Shown here in pieces: positions 48,901 through 61,688 of a stretch of DNA of 64,000 bases. The translations under genes and the position numbers were made by a program. Below the pieces are notes generated by a model. That model saw only the letters and a program-made list of their open reading frames with translations. It was not told where the DNA came from and did not search any database. This stretch comes from Ylistrum balloti (lineage: Eukaryota): NCBI RefSeq assembly GCF_031769215.1, contig NW_026782148.1, positions 310,001 to 374,000 of the forward strand, written 5' to 3'. Every line of letters starts with the position of its first letter. Positions within the stretch are counted from its first letter, which is position 1.

Positions 48901-50480
48901 ACTCAGATTCTTCAAAAAATTTGTGACGTCATTGAAATGCATAAAATGTCAACAATGTATCTTTTGTAAGAATAAACTTAATGAGACGTAACACCGTTTT
49001 TTTCTGTATTTTGAATTGCATATGATCAATTTTAATATCCCTTATTTTCTCATTGATTTCGGCCTTAGTATTGCCAAAGAACCGCTCCTTCGATGAGGAA
49101 GACGCAGCTGGTTGTATGGCGTAGATTTTGTTCACGGCAAATTAAAGTAGCTGGATCATTACATCCTCTCAAACTTATGTTGCTGCTATGAAGCATTTAG
49201 TACTATTAAATACTGATTTGATACCGGTAGTAAACTTTAAACCCAAGCTATATTTGGTACTATGATTTACCTCGTTCACAAGAGGATCCTGTAAATTGTT
49301 TCAGACATGCACACTGCTCCGGGCCAACACATGTTCCACCATTTTGACATCCTCCGGTGCAAATTGCTGCAATATTCAACGGTATAAATGTAATGAGTTT
49401 GTTTCAAATAAATTCAAATGTCCGAACTCTCATTCACACCCTAAACAAAGAGTTCAGGTACAACTTACGTTCCATACATCCAAGATGGCGGCGCCGACTT
49501 TGACGCTTCCATCCAGGGCAACATATTCGCACGGTATCGTGGATCATTCTCCGATAGAACACGGTTCTTGTGGCCGTCCGATAAAACATCCTGGAAAGGA
49601 ACAAATCATAGTCACGTGATCGAGGACAGGTTGCAGACATGTTTATTTCGCCATGTGTGTCATTTAGGACTATTTTTAGCGTTCGTTAGTCGTCCGCACT
49701 GAGACCATATTATGGTTTTTAGCGTTTGCAATTTGAGATGACGTCCTGTATGCTTATCTTCATGTGCCTTTATGACCTTTTTAATTTGTATCAAAAAAGG
49801 TAATTAGTATTTCAATGTACAAGAAATTACGAGCCTCTCAGCAGAAATTAACCATTAAGCCTATCGGGACTGGTGCAATACTGTAGTTAGCATCCATGAC
49901 GTAATTTTATAAGCGGGACTGGAAATATCAAATTTTACATCATAAGTAGCTATCATCGTGTATATAATGGATCGCTTGACCTAGTAATAATGTTATCATG
50001 CTCGCAGAGGAGTGAAAAGGTCTTCCGGTATCCTTCCGGTGTCACTTAAGTAACTGTACAGACACTGATCACTTTGACACAGTGACACGCTAGGGGTAAA
50101 CCGGACACCACAGTGGTCACGTGGGCAACCAGTGTGTCTAAGATGAAAAAATATATTGTACTATAACAGAGAAAAAGTATGCCGAATTGGATATAACCAA
50201 ACAGCAATACAAACGAACTGATTTGCCATGGCGAATTATTTTTATTGTTTTTCAAACTTAATTTATTGACAAATGATTTCAAGTGCACTGTCTTGCATTT
50301 GTAAAGTATTTGTCAGTATGGACAGATAATGACCTGTAGTATTAACTGGTCTGTACTTACTTCTTGCCCTTACATGATGTACCGAGCCTTCGGCAGTTGG
50401 AATGATAAACAGGTTTCTTATACGTCTGTTTCATAGGAACGATTTCATTGAACAGCTTCGTCACTGGACACACACGGCGT
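39936..50480 (-). CDS. EGFL7: EGF-like domain multiple 7/8-like secreted protein (EMI, EGF, cbEGF, coiled coil); first coding exon unresolved
   Basis: Phase-consistent exons: 50480-50361 (RRVCPV...), 49590-49469 (CCPGWKR), 49366-49271 ([20 protein letters not shown]), 45480-45361 (DVDECL...[16 protein letters not shown]), 45024-44936, 43812-43530 ([17 protein letters not shown]), 40021-39936 (TAG). RRVC, CCPGWKR and [10 protein letters not shown]...C.C are recalled EGFL7/8 signatures. Probably the pro-orthologue of both vertebrate genes. Confidence 0.88.
40268..40487. other. Assembly gap (220 N)
   Basis: Run of n characters inside the last EGFL7-like intron. Confidence 1.
43929..44092 (+). 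mobile_element. LTR-retrotransposon remnant: LTR-like end plus tRNA-His primer-binding site
   Basis: TGTAA (43929) to TTACA (44070), then AATT, then TGGTGCCGTGACCAGGAT (44075-44092). The latter is the complement of the 3' 18 nt of invertebrate tRNA-His including CCA, as recalled. Confidence 0.6.
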
Positions 50481-51043
50481 CTGTAAGATACAGATTACAT
50501 GCGAACGTCATCGACAATCGGATGAAGATTAAACATAGGGACAATGACCCATAGGAGGTTACGTGTGCATGACCTGCCAAGAAATCGTACAATATATTCC
50601 TACAAACTGTAAACAGCTATTTTCAAACAACTGAAAACTATATCATAAGCCGTTTTAACAGCTATCATTCACATCATACAGTGACAAAAATAACTGCAAG
50701 AAGAAAAATTGTATTTCATCAGTAATAAACATAAAATGACTATTTTTTTTTCAATATCAGATTATAAAACGGCCAACAATTGTCTGCACTGTTTCACTAT
50801 CGAAAATAACTGAAGGCAGCATTTGATAATACAAAAATTCGTCGGAGTGCTTAAAGACAATTTTTGTCCGTGTTTGAAAATGACATACCAAAATAGGATA
50901 TATAATTAATTTAAGAAAATAGTGAAGTTAACTTTCAAAATCCGTGTGAATTGAGTGATCAACATCGTCTGTAATGGCTGCCTAGAGGACTGGTGACCAA
51001 TACCAGCATATAGTAGAGTATTCGCCAACCCGTGGGCTATTGT

Positions 51044-52005
51044 TACCAGACAAAGATACACGATACACTCTGTACGTGAGAAGTGTCCCGTACGTTAAAG
51101 TTACCAGATAAATGTACACGATACACTGTATGTGAGATGTGTCCCGTACGTTAAAGTTACCAGACAAATGTACACGATACACTGTATGTGAGATGTGTCC
51201 CGTACATTATACTAACCAGACAAATGTACACGATACACTGTATGTGAGATGTGTCCCGTACGTTATAATTACCAGACAAATATACACGATACACTGTATG
51301 TGAGATGTGTCCCGTACGTTATAATTACCAGACAAATGTACGCGATACACTGTATGTGAGATGTGTCCCGTACATTGTACTAACCAGACAAGTGTACACG
51401 ATACACTGTATGTGAGATGTGTCCCGTACGTTATAATTACCAGACAAATGTACGCGATACACTGTATGTGAGATGTGTCCCGTACGTTATACTAACCAGA
51501 CAAATGTACGCGATACACTGTATGTGAGATGTGTCCCGTACGTTATACTAACCAGACAAATGTACACGATACACTGTATGTGAGATGTGTCCCGTACGTT
51601 ATACTAACCAGACAAATGTACACGATACACTGTATGTGAGATGTGTCCCGTACGTTATACTAACCAGACAAATGTATACGATACACTGTATGTGAGATGT
51701 GTCCCGTACGTTATACTAACCAGACAAATATACACGATACACTGTACGTGAGATGTGTCCCGTACGTTATACTAACCAGACAAATGTACACGATACACTG
51801 TATGTGAGATGTGTCCCGTACGTTATACTAACCAGACAAATGTACACGATACACTGTACATGAGAAGTGTCCCGTACGTTATAATTACCAGACAAATGTA
51901 CGCGATACACTGTATATGAGATGTGTCCGGTACGTTATACTAACCAGACAAATGTACACGATACACTGTATGTGAGATGTGTCCCGTACATTATAATTAC
52001 CAGAC
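51044..52005. repeat. 56-bp minisatellite, about 17 copies
   Basis: Unit ACCAGACAAATGTACACGATACACTGTATGTGAGATGTGTCCCGTACGTTATACTA. Confidence 0.96.
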
Positions 52006-53174
52006 GAACACTCCTTGAATGACGAGTAATACTTTATGATCCGTTTTCGATTTGTAAAACTTCACCCTATCAATTTGAAACGTAACATGCACGATTAAAA
52101 ACGACATAACGTTCGAGAAAAGATGCTGTGCGAGAAGCGAGCTGATAACATGCCACACAGACTAGTCCTGTGTGTGTTTAGAAGCTTAAACTAACAGCAT
52201 TCAAATGTAAACAAGAGAAATATCACAACCGATGTCATATCAAACCACACATAAAATTGCCAGAAAATACGTTCTCTTTTGTTTATAATTTCAAACATTG
52301 GACAAACGTGTCCTATATTGTGGCTCCTTTTTCGCCTCAATGAAACTGAAGATTTACTGACATGATTGTGTTCCCCGTGTTATTGCACTTATCTCGCTAT
52401 GAAAAAGTGTGAAATCAAATCTTGTGATCAAAGAAGGGTACAACGTTAGAGATATGTAATATGTTTATCGTATTTATCTAGTGAAACTTAGACCCGAGAT
52501 AACCGAAGCCAGCGGAAATGTTACACAAATAGTTCTGACTCTTAGGCAACCACTCTGTACATGTCTGTTGTGTAAAAAATGTTGTATTTAAGACAGTGAA
52601 ATGGTGAAGAAATTTTCTGATTGCAATAACAATAATATACACAAATAAAAATATATTAAATACAAACATCCTAATCGTGTCGTAATTAAAATGTTCTTGA
52701 AGTGTTTTTTTCTACAATAACTTCGTGTAAAAAGAAAGAAATGAAAATAAATTATGTCCGTTTCACTGTTTATTTATAAACCCCGACTGTGTACACTTAG
52801 TGCTGATAGGGATGGAGCTCCGCTCCGGAATAAGGATGGTTTAACGTTTCACGTTCCAAATGCCTCCATATCGAATCGAACCTAGAACTGAAAACCACAA
52901 GGAGGATTGCTTTCTCGGTTGCTGAAGGATAGACTACATAGCATTTGCACTTTTGATTAAAGGCTTATATAATCCTATTTCACTGCGGGCTATTTAACGA
53001 AAATTGCATCGTAATGTGAAAACAATTAATTACGGTTTAAATGCTTAAGAAAAATTCTCACGTGTAAATAAAATCTTAATTCAAACATAAATTCGATGAA
53101 CATCTGGCAAAAATATGAACAAAAGTAAGATTTACACGGAGACTCCTAAAACGTTGTGCAACGTTAGGCTATCT

Positions 53175-54685
53175 AACGAACATCAAACACGTCAGCTTCA
53201 TATCATACAACAGAACCACCAGGTATACCAACGAGCATCACACACGTCAGCTTCATATCATACAACAGAACCACCAGGCGTACCAACGAGCATCACACAC
53301 GTCAGCTTCATATCATACAACAGAACCACCAGGCGTACCAACGAGCATCAAACACGTCAGCTTCATATCATACAACAGAACCACCAGGTATACCAACGAG
53401 CATCACACACGTCAGCTTCATATCATACAACAGAACCACCAGGCGTACCAACGAGCATCACACACGTCAGCTTCATATCATACAACAGAACCACCAGGCG
53501 TACCAACGAGCATCACACACGTCAGCTTCATATCATACAACAGAACCACCAGGCGTACCAACGAGCATCTAACACGTCAGCTTCATATCATACAACAGAA
53601 CCACCAGGTATACCAACGAGCATCACACACGTCAGCTTCATATCATACAACAGAACCACCAGGCGTACCAACGAGCATCAAACACGTCAGCTTCATATCA
53701 TACAACAGAACCACCAGGCGTACCAACGAGCATCAAACACGTCAGCTTCATATCATACAACAGAACCACCAGGTATACCAACGAGCATCACACACGTCAG
53801 CTTCATATCATACAACAGAACCACCAGGCGTACCAACGAGCATCACACACGTCAGCTTCATATCATACAACAGAACCACCAGGCGTACCAACGAGCATCA
53901 AACACGTCAGCTTCATATCATACAACAGAACCACCAGGTATACCAACGAGCATCACACACGTCAGCTTCATATCATACAACAGAACCACCAGGCGTACCA
54001 ACGAGCATCACACACGTCAGCTTCATATCATACAACAGAACCACCAGGCGTACCAACGAGCATCACACACGTCAGCTTCATATCATACAACAGAACCACC
54101 AGGCGTACCAACGAGCATCAAACACGTCAGCTTCATATCATACAACAGAACCACCAGGTATACCAACGAGCATCACACACGTCAGCTTCATATCATACAA
54201 CAGAACCACCAGGCGTACCAACGAGCATCAAACACGTCAGCTTCATATCATACAACAGAACCACCAGGTATACCAACGAGCATCACACACGTTAGCTTCA
54301 TATCATACAACAGAATCACCAGGTATACCAATGAACAACAAACTCGTCCAACTTCATATCACAAAACAGAACCACCAGGCGTACCAACGAACAACAAACT
54401 CGTCCAACTTCATATTACAAAACAGAACCACCAGGTGTACCAACGAGCATCACACACGTCAGTTTTATATCACAAAACAGAACTAGCAGGCATACCAACG
54501 AGCATCACACACGTCAGTTTTATATCACAAAACAGAACTAGCAGGCATACCTATGAGCATCAGACACGTCAGTTTTATATCACAAAACAGAACTAGCAGG
54601 CATACCAACGAGCATCACACACGTCAGTTTTATATCACAAAACAGAACTAGCAGGCATACCTATGAGCATCAGACACGTCCAACT
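53175..54685. repeat. 55-bp minisatellite, about 27 copies, with a diverged right end
   Basis: Unit AACGAGCATCACACACGTCAGCTTCATATCATACAACAGAACCACCAGGYRTACC. The last units switch to ...GTTTTATATCACAAAACAGAACTAGCAGGCATACC. Confidence 0.96.
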
Positions 54686-55239
54686 TAATATAGCACAAAG
54701 AAATAAAATGTTTCTCAATTAAATTACTATGACGACCATAAAACTTATCTAAGATATACATAAACCTGCATATCTGAAAACCATATGTACAAATTGTCTG
54801 CTAGTTTCTGACATACAGCACGAAAATTGTGATACTATGAAAAGGGCTTAGAAATTCGAATCTACTGCGACGTGCAAAAGACGTAGGTTGGGGATGCAGG
54901 GATAACACGTATGTTCTCAAAGACACGGCTAACCATGTCTGTTACCGAAAACACGGAGATCATTGTCTGTTGACGACACAGAATGCTGTCTCTTCACAAA
55001 GACACATAGAACAATGTTTCTATACATATATACAGAGAAAATTGTATCTCGCAAAACAAAAGAAAACACTTTCTCTGGATAAAACTTCAGAGAACACTTG
55101 CTTTTGACAAGGACACGGAAAACAATATATGTTGTCAAATACACAGAGAATACTAACCCTAGACAAAACTACCATGAGCTCTATCTGCTAACAAAGGTAC
55201 AGTGAACGCAACCTGCTGACAAACAAAAGGATAAAAATG

Positions 55240-56113
55240 TCGTTGACAAACAACAAAGAAAGCTGCCCGTTGACAAACAACATAGAACACTGTACACTGA
55301 CAAACAACAAAGAAAGCTGCCCGTTGACAAACAACAGAGAACACTGTACGCTGACAAACAACAGAGAACGCTGTCCGTTGTCAAACAACATAGAACACTG
55401 TACACTGACAAACAACAAAGAAAGCTGCCCTTTGACAAACAACATAGAACACTGTACACTGACAAACAACAAAGAAAGCTGCCCGTTGACAAACAACAGA
55501 GAACACTGTACGCTGACAAACAACAGAGAACGCTGCCCGTTGTCAAACAACATAGAACACTGTACACTGACAAACAACAAAGAAAGCTGCCCGTTGACAA
55601 ACAACAGAGAACACTGTACGCTGACAAACAACAGAGAACGCTGCCCGTTGACAAACAACATAGAACACTGTACACTGACAAACAACAGAGAAAGCTGCCC
55701 GTTGACAAACAACAGAGAACGCGGCCCGTTGACAAACAACATAGAACGCTGTCCGTTGAAAAACAACAGAGAACACTGTCCGTTGACAAACAACATAGAA
55801 CACTGTTCGCTGACAAACAACAGAGAACACTGTCCCTTGACCAACAACATAGAACACTGTACGCTGACAAACAACAGAGAACGCTGTCCGTTGATAAACA
55901 ACAGAGAACACTGTCCCTTGACCAACAACATAGAACACTGTACGCTGACAAACAACAGAGAACACTGTCCCTTGACCAACAACATAGAACACTGTACGCT
56001 GACAAACAACAGAGAACGCTGTCCGTTGATAAACAACAGAGAACACTGTCCCTTGACAAACAACAGGGAACACTGTACGCTGACAAACAACAGAGAACGC
56101 TGTCCGTTGACAA
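55240..56113. repeat. 27-bp minisatellite, about 32 copies, with higher-order structure
   Basis: Unit TGACAAACAACAGAGAACACTGTACGC and variants. Confidence 0.95.
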
Positions 56114-57889
56114 ACTACATACGTGTTTGTAGTGCGTTTATCATAGTATGTGTGATGGTATGTATTCGTGTTTGCTTATATGTTTGTAATATATGTCATA
56201 TGAAAATAGTAATTGATGAATATGATAGTTTGATACTGCTGATTTTTATTGCTATGGATGAAACTTCGTTTGAAGAGTTGAACTTCTTAATATTTTTAGT
56301 GCAAATTAGAATTAAAGAAGAGTGTAGAGAGATTTTCGAAATGGTTTGTTGGACAAGCCAAGTGAACTTGAATGCAGTATCCATTATGTAATACAATTTC
56401 CCGTGTAGTGGTCTCGATCTCTATGGTCCCATGTCCACATGTAACCGCTCGCAAAACCGACTGGTGTTACTGATCAAAGAGTACGCCAGCATGTTAGAGT
56501 GACAAACACGGCCCTATAGATCCAGAAGATGATTTCATAAGTGAATGAAATGAAGATATTTAAACGAAAATGACAGTCTACTTCAACACACCTATCGCTG
56601 GAATGTTTCGAACATGTGCACTAGTGAATGACTTTTTTCTTAGCGAAGAGATGACATGTAGCCGTTACGGGAAGCGTACAAGATATCAAAATATCGCAGC
56701 CATGCGGGCCATAAATGTCGCGTCATGTTTGTGGGGACACGTGCACTTGGAACACCGTGGCCAATTTCCTGTAGTTATCTGTGATGGAAGGTACGTACAC
56801 TGTAATCCGAATGGAGGATATTCATTGTTTTAATTCATCTTAATATACTTTATTATTAACACGAGTAGAGTTACCGTCCTTGGATAATGGATGTGCAATT
56901 AAAACCTGAGGAATTTGTTTGTGATTTTTGTTTACATTTCTGATCAATATGAGGACTTGAAAAAACTTAATTATGGCACTGAGATTAACGTTGTGTGTAG
57001 TGTCATCATTGTGGACTTAAGTTTCCATAACTTTCCTATACTAGACATTCTCTATATGACAGATCTGTTACATAAAAGCCCAATACACCACAGTGAACCT
57101 TCGTCATTACAAATCTAGGAAATTCAAGTGAACAACTCTCAGACATCTATATGCTGTTTCATTATTTAGACGGTGGATTTGCGCCTCACGAATTAAAAAG
57201 AGTATTATGGTGTCTGGACCGGTGTTAACTGAGTAGTGATATGAACTTGTCGCGTATTACGGAGTACACAGTGAGAAACAGACAACAGTCATGCCCCGCT
57301 AAGCAAGGACACTAGAGCGGACTTGTTCGCAATAATAGTTGGAATGCGGAATTAAATTTTGGATCGGTAAGATGACATCGCTTATCAAAATAACTGAAAA
57401 TCAAAGAACTACTGAAGGAAATTCGTCAAATGAAATCGGAATTTATGGTTTAAAGTTGAAAAAAAGCAAAGCACTGGACGTACTGGCCGCCGTGTCGGAT
57501 TCAGAATACGATGCGGTTGAAAGTGATCCCGAACTCAAAAAGGTTTACACTATTACAACTTGTGATGTAAAGTATTCAAGAAATGAAAAACAATCGCGTT
57601 CAGAATTGAGTTATGGGTTAATAGACAAAGAAGTTCATGGTGGTGGATTGTACTGCAAGGAAACGGAAACAACAAGTAACATGTTACCAGAAAAAGACGA
57701 AATCGAATTGATTGCGTCGCCCGGGCAACAGTCAAACAATATGTCGAGTAGACGCGAGCCGCATGCCGAAATTTACTCACTCTTTTTATATGGGGTAAGA
57801 GGGATAGATTCGAACTGGATAACTATAGAGATAGAACTCCGGTATTCGTCTATAAATCTCCCACAACGACTCCTACAAGGCTTCTGAGA

Positions 57890-58430
57890 AATTTGTCGAA
57901 GCATCACACTGCTTATACTGTGCAAAAATGTATTGCGTATTTCATAGAACGAAAATTTCATGTATTTGTAGATTTTTTTAGCTAATCGTAAAGTATTTAA
58001 TGATGTATGGATAAAGGATATAATGTATAAGCTATATAAATTAGGCTTTCACGGAAAATTCTGGAGAATTCCGTACCATTCTTTTTCTTGTGTTCATTCA
58101 TCAGCATTATTCAATTGCAACAGAAGCGAGACAAATCCTATTATCTATAGGGTCGTTATGATAATCGACCTTGCTAGCGACCTTGATACACAATTTACAG
58201 GATTAAAGATAGAACATATTCCCTGTATACTATTAACAGATGATATCCTATTATTATCTGCATCACGCATTTTTTGATAAGGGCTGGACATGGAGTATAG
58301 GTATTCAACTTTATGGCACCTCGAATATAATCCCGTCAAAAGTTCTTTGTATGTGTTGCTGAACGTCGAGTTAGAGCTGATGACCAAGGGACGTATTGAT
58401 TGTTAATTAGGCAATGACGTTATTCCATTT
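57890..58430 (+). mobile_element. Highly decayed non-LTR retrotransposon RT fragment
   Basis: Pieces HVFVDF, RKVFNDVW, MYKLYKLGFHGKFWRI, PCILLTDDILLLS (ADD-like) and WHLEYNPVKS appear in RT order with frameshifts. Confidence 0.65.
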
Positions 58431-58434
58431 AAGA

Positions 58435-59670
58435 CGAGGGCAGATTGATAAGTGTTGAGCCTCATTTTTAAGGGTTTGACTTTTTGCGGACATATTGCAT
58501 TAGTTTTCAACCTTCAGTATCTATAAAACCTTTGCAAGCGATGTTCAAGGGTCTCAATGCCACTTTTAAAGAAGTCCTTTTCTTGACCGTTCAGATAGTC
58601 TTTCACTGATTTATGACGTCATCATTTGACCTAAAGGGGGTACCGGGAATTGCCTTTTTCAAAACTGGATATAGTTGAAAGTCTGATGAAGCTAGAACAG
58701 GCGAATAAATCGAATGCTCAATTAATTTAAAACTACAATCGTTAATAGCAGCCATGGCAATGCCAGACTTGTGAACTTGGCATTGTTCCGGTGGAACAAA
58801 ACACCTTTACTGAGTTTTCCGTGGTGACTGAGTTAAACATTTTCTTTTAACTGCCTGTGGAGTGATGCACACTATATGACATTGATTGTTTGTCCCTTTT
58901 GCAGATAATCAACCATTAGAATACCATCAATATCCCAGAAATCGAGGCCATACTTTCCAGCTGATTAAACAGTCTTTGCCTATTTTGGCGAGGTGCATCT
59001 GTTGTTTAGACTGTTGTTTGGACTCTGGGGCGATTTGATGAACACGTGTTTCATCTATAGTTTCAAACCTCTGCAGAAAGTTAGCAGTATCTGCCTCTAA
59101 AAGGTTAAGATTAACACGCGACAAAGTCCGCCTGGTGTGCTACTGTTCAACTGTCAGAAGTCTTGGTACCCAGCAAGCTGAGAGATTTCCCACTGCAAGA
59201 TCTTCATTAAGAATGCAATGTACCCTTTCCTGTGAAATCCCAATTTTCTGGCTGCATATCTTTCTGTAACTCGTCTGTCAGCCATAACAATATCATGGAC
59301 TTCATTGACAATTTCTGGGGTTGCAACGGTGACAGACATTCCAGGACGGGCGTCATCATCAAGGTTCTGCCTGGCATTCTTAAATTCCGCCACCAACCTT
59401 TTCACTGTAGCATAGCTTCCTAGTTTTGCTATCATATCAGTATGGATATCTTTAGGTGTTAGGTCTGCCTTATGCATGATTTGAATCACTGCTCTTACAA
59501 CGATTTTGTCCATTTTGCAGAAGTTACTTGCATTGTTCACTTCAGAGTTAAACCTTTTCCGCATAAAATGACCAAATGCGAACACAGCTTTAAATAAGAA
59601 ATAGAGCTGAAAAAGGACATCCCTGCTAAAATTTTAAACACAAGGCTCAAAACGTATCAATCAGCCCTCG
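58435..59670 (-). mobile_element. Full-length mariner (Tc1/mariner) element with inactivated transposase
   Basis: 28-bp TIRs at 58435-58462 and 59643-59670 (25/28 match), TA at 59671-59672 and GA on the left. Minus-strand remnants: MDKIVVRAVI...YATVKRLVAEFK...DDARPG; TIDETRVHQIAPESKQQSKQ; GVLFHRNNA; YSPVLASSDF; NDDVI. Multiple frameshifts. Confidence 0.9.
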
Positions 59671-61688
59671 TATACACTAAAAGATGCTGGTATAATTTTT
59701 ATTCCTAATTTGCAGTCAGATCAGAAGATTGATTAAGTGGTCAATGTGCGTTTCTCTTCGGAGATCGAACTTAAGCGCATATCTCCGATTCTGAATGGGA
59801 GAATCGTATGTTAAATATGGCTGAATATGTACCGAAAATACTTAAACGGATGTTGCAATGCATTAAAATTTACTGTACAAACCAAAATTCTTACGGATAT
59901 AATTGTCTTTATGTGTTCAGTACTTCATCTTAATGAACCTGTTGTAATCTTTTTTTATACGATACATTATAACACTTGTAAAATCTTCATCAGGAGGAAA
60001 TAAAAAATGTCTCTGGGACATAAATGTCACGTCACGTGATGGTATGTACACTGTAATCGAGTTGTTCCGAATAGGGGACATGTATCGTTTTAATTTATCT
60101 TTTTAAAGATTTAAATGAAAATAAAGATAAAATTCCCATGTCAAAAATTATATTTTGAGAGGGATATTTGCATTAAGATTTAAAACATATTTTCCACGTA
60201 ATCATACCGCGTCTTTAATGCAAACAAGATAATAAACATTTTAAATGATACTGGTTATAGTACGTGTACCACAAATGACAAAACTGAACATGTAAATCTT
60301 GCCGTCGGTTAGATAGATAAAGCATGCATTTTCATCAATGTACCAATTAGCACAAGGACATAGAGGAATCGCCAATTTAACACCATATTTATATTTAAAT
60401 GGAATACTCAAGGAGGCTATCAGACAACACCTTAGGGGGATTTTAGTAAGACACTACAGTTTAAGGCATTAATACAGTCAAGTCTTACATTTTAGTATTT
60501 TGCACTGCCGAATTCCCAATGTGTGTATAACAGTTAATGGTTTATATTAACCGAAACATAAGCAAATCATTTTCAAGCACTGAAAAACTACTTTGGCGAA
60601 CATTCTGAAGATTGAAAATTTTGTACATTTAATCCATCAAGTATGGTTAAGTGTGGAATTCTTTATGTTAAAAATGAATTCATAAGTTTGGGGCTGATTT
60701 TTCAGACACACTCCGCCCAGTGTTCTTGTCACTGATATTAAGTTGAAGGTCAAACCATTGATCAAGCTCACTCTAGGTGCTTGTCTTATCAAGATAATTT
60801 TGACATTAATTTCGTGAAATTTATATATAAATAACAAATTCTCCTGATGAAATACACACCCTCTCTAACTTGTTTAAAATGCCACACATACCGTGGTGGC
60901 GATACGCTTAGGCTACACCAATATACTGTTACACGGATATCGTGATTCATGTTACATGTCGCAATGTCGTACACGACCTCATACTGTCTTCTTGATCATA
61001 AAAGAGAATATAATCCTTTCAAAGACTATATAACAGATAAATTAATGTGCAAATCTGCTCTAAAAAGGCCACCAGCTCACTCCCAAATTCTGGATTCTTA
61101 TTCTTTATTTTTGTATATTGTCATTTTTTTAAATTTCAAGCCTCTTTATAGCAAAGTTTCTCTATTTAGCTGGTCTATACGTATCACGTCATGTTTTTTC
61201 TTTTCTCTATTTTTTAGAGTAAAAATGCTGGATTGTTTTATGGTACTGAAATATCCAAATGTACAGACTATAACAACATTTTATATAAATAACGGCTCTT
61301 TGAGAATATGTGACTACATGTAAATCTCAGGTAAATGATACACCCATACATACATTTATATTGTACAAAAATACAATACATTTTTATCTTTAATTCCTGT
61401 TTTATTCATGACATGATCTAATACAATTAAGACTTCAAAAGCAAGTATCTTTGGCATCAAGTTTCTTATCAAGATAAAAACATCAATTTAAAGTGTCAAA
61501 TTGTCATAAATATCACAGTAACTAAACAAGAACTTGAAACATAAAAATACCTCATAAGTGGCACATTAAGATGGAAGGATAAAAAAATTCACTTCAAAGG
61601 AAGCAGATGATACACTGTGTCATCATACTCGATAAATATCTATGTGCCCATGCAGAAATCTGTCTTTAAGCTGACTGAATCAAGTGAA

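Noticed and set aside
53115-54596. 493-aa ORF with a 55-aa period
   Set aside because: A 55-bp unit without stops in any + frame cycles through three frames. There is no domain, splice context or codon-level constraint.
55159-56391. Five long ORFs over the 27-bp array as real genes
   Set aside because: Being open on both strands in nearly all frames is a property of the unit sequence. It is kept only as a low-interest finding.
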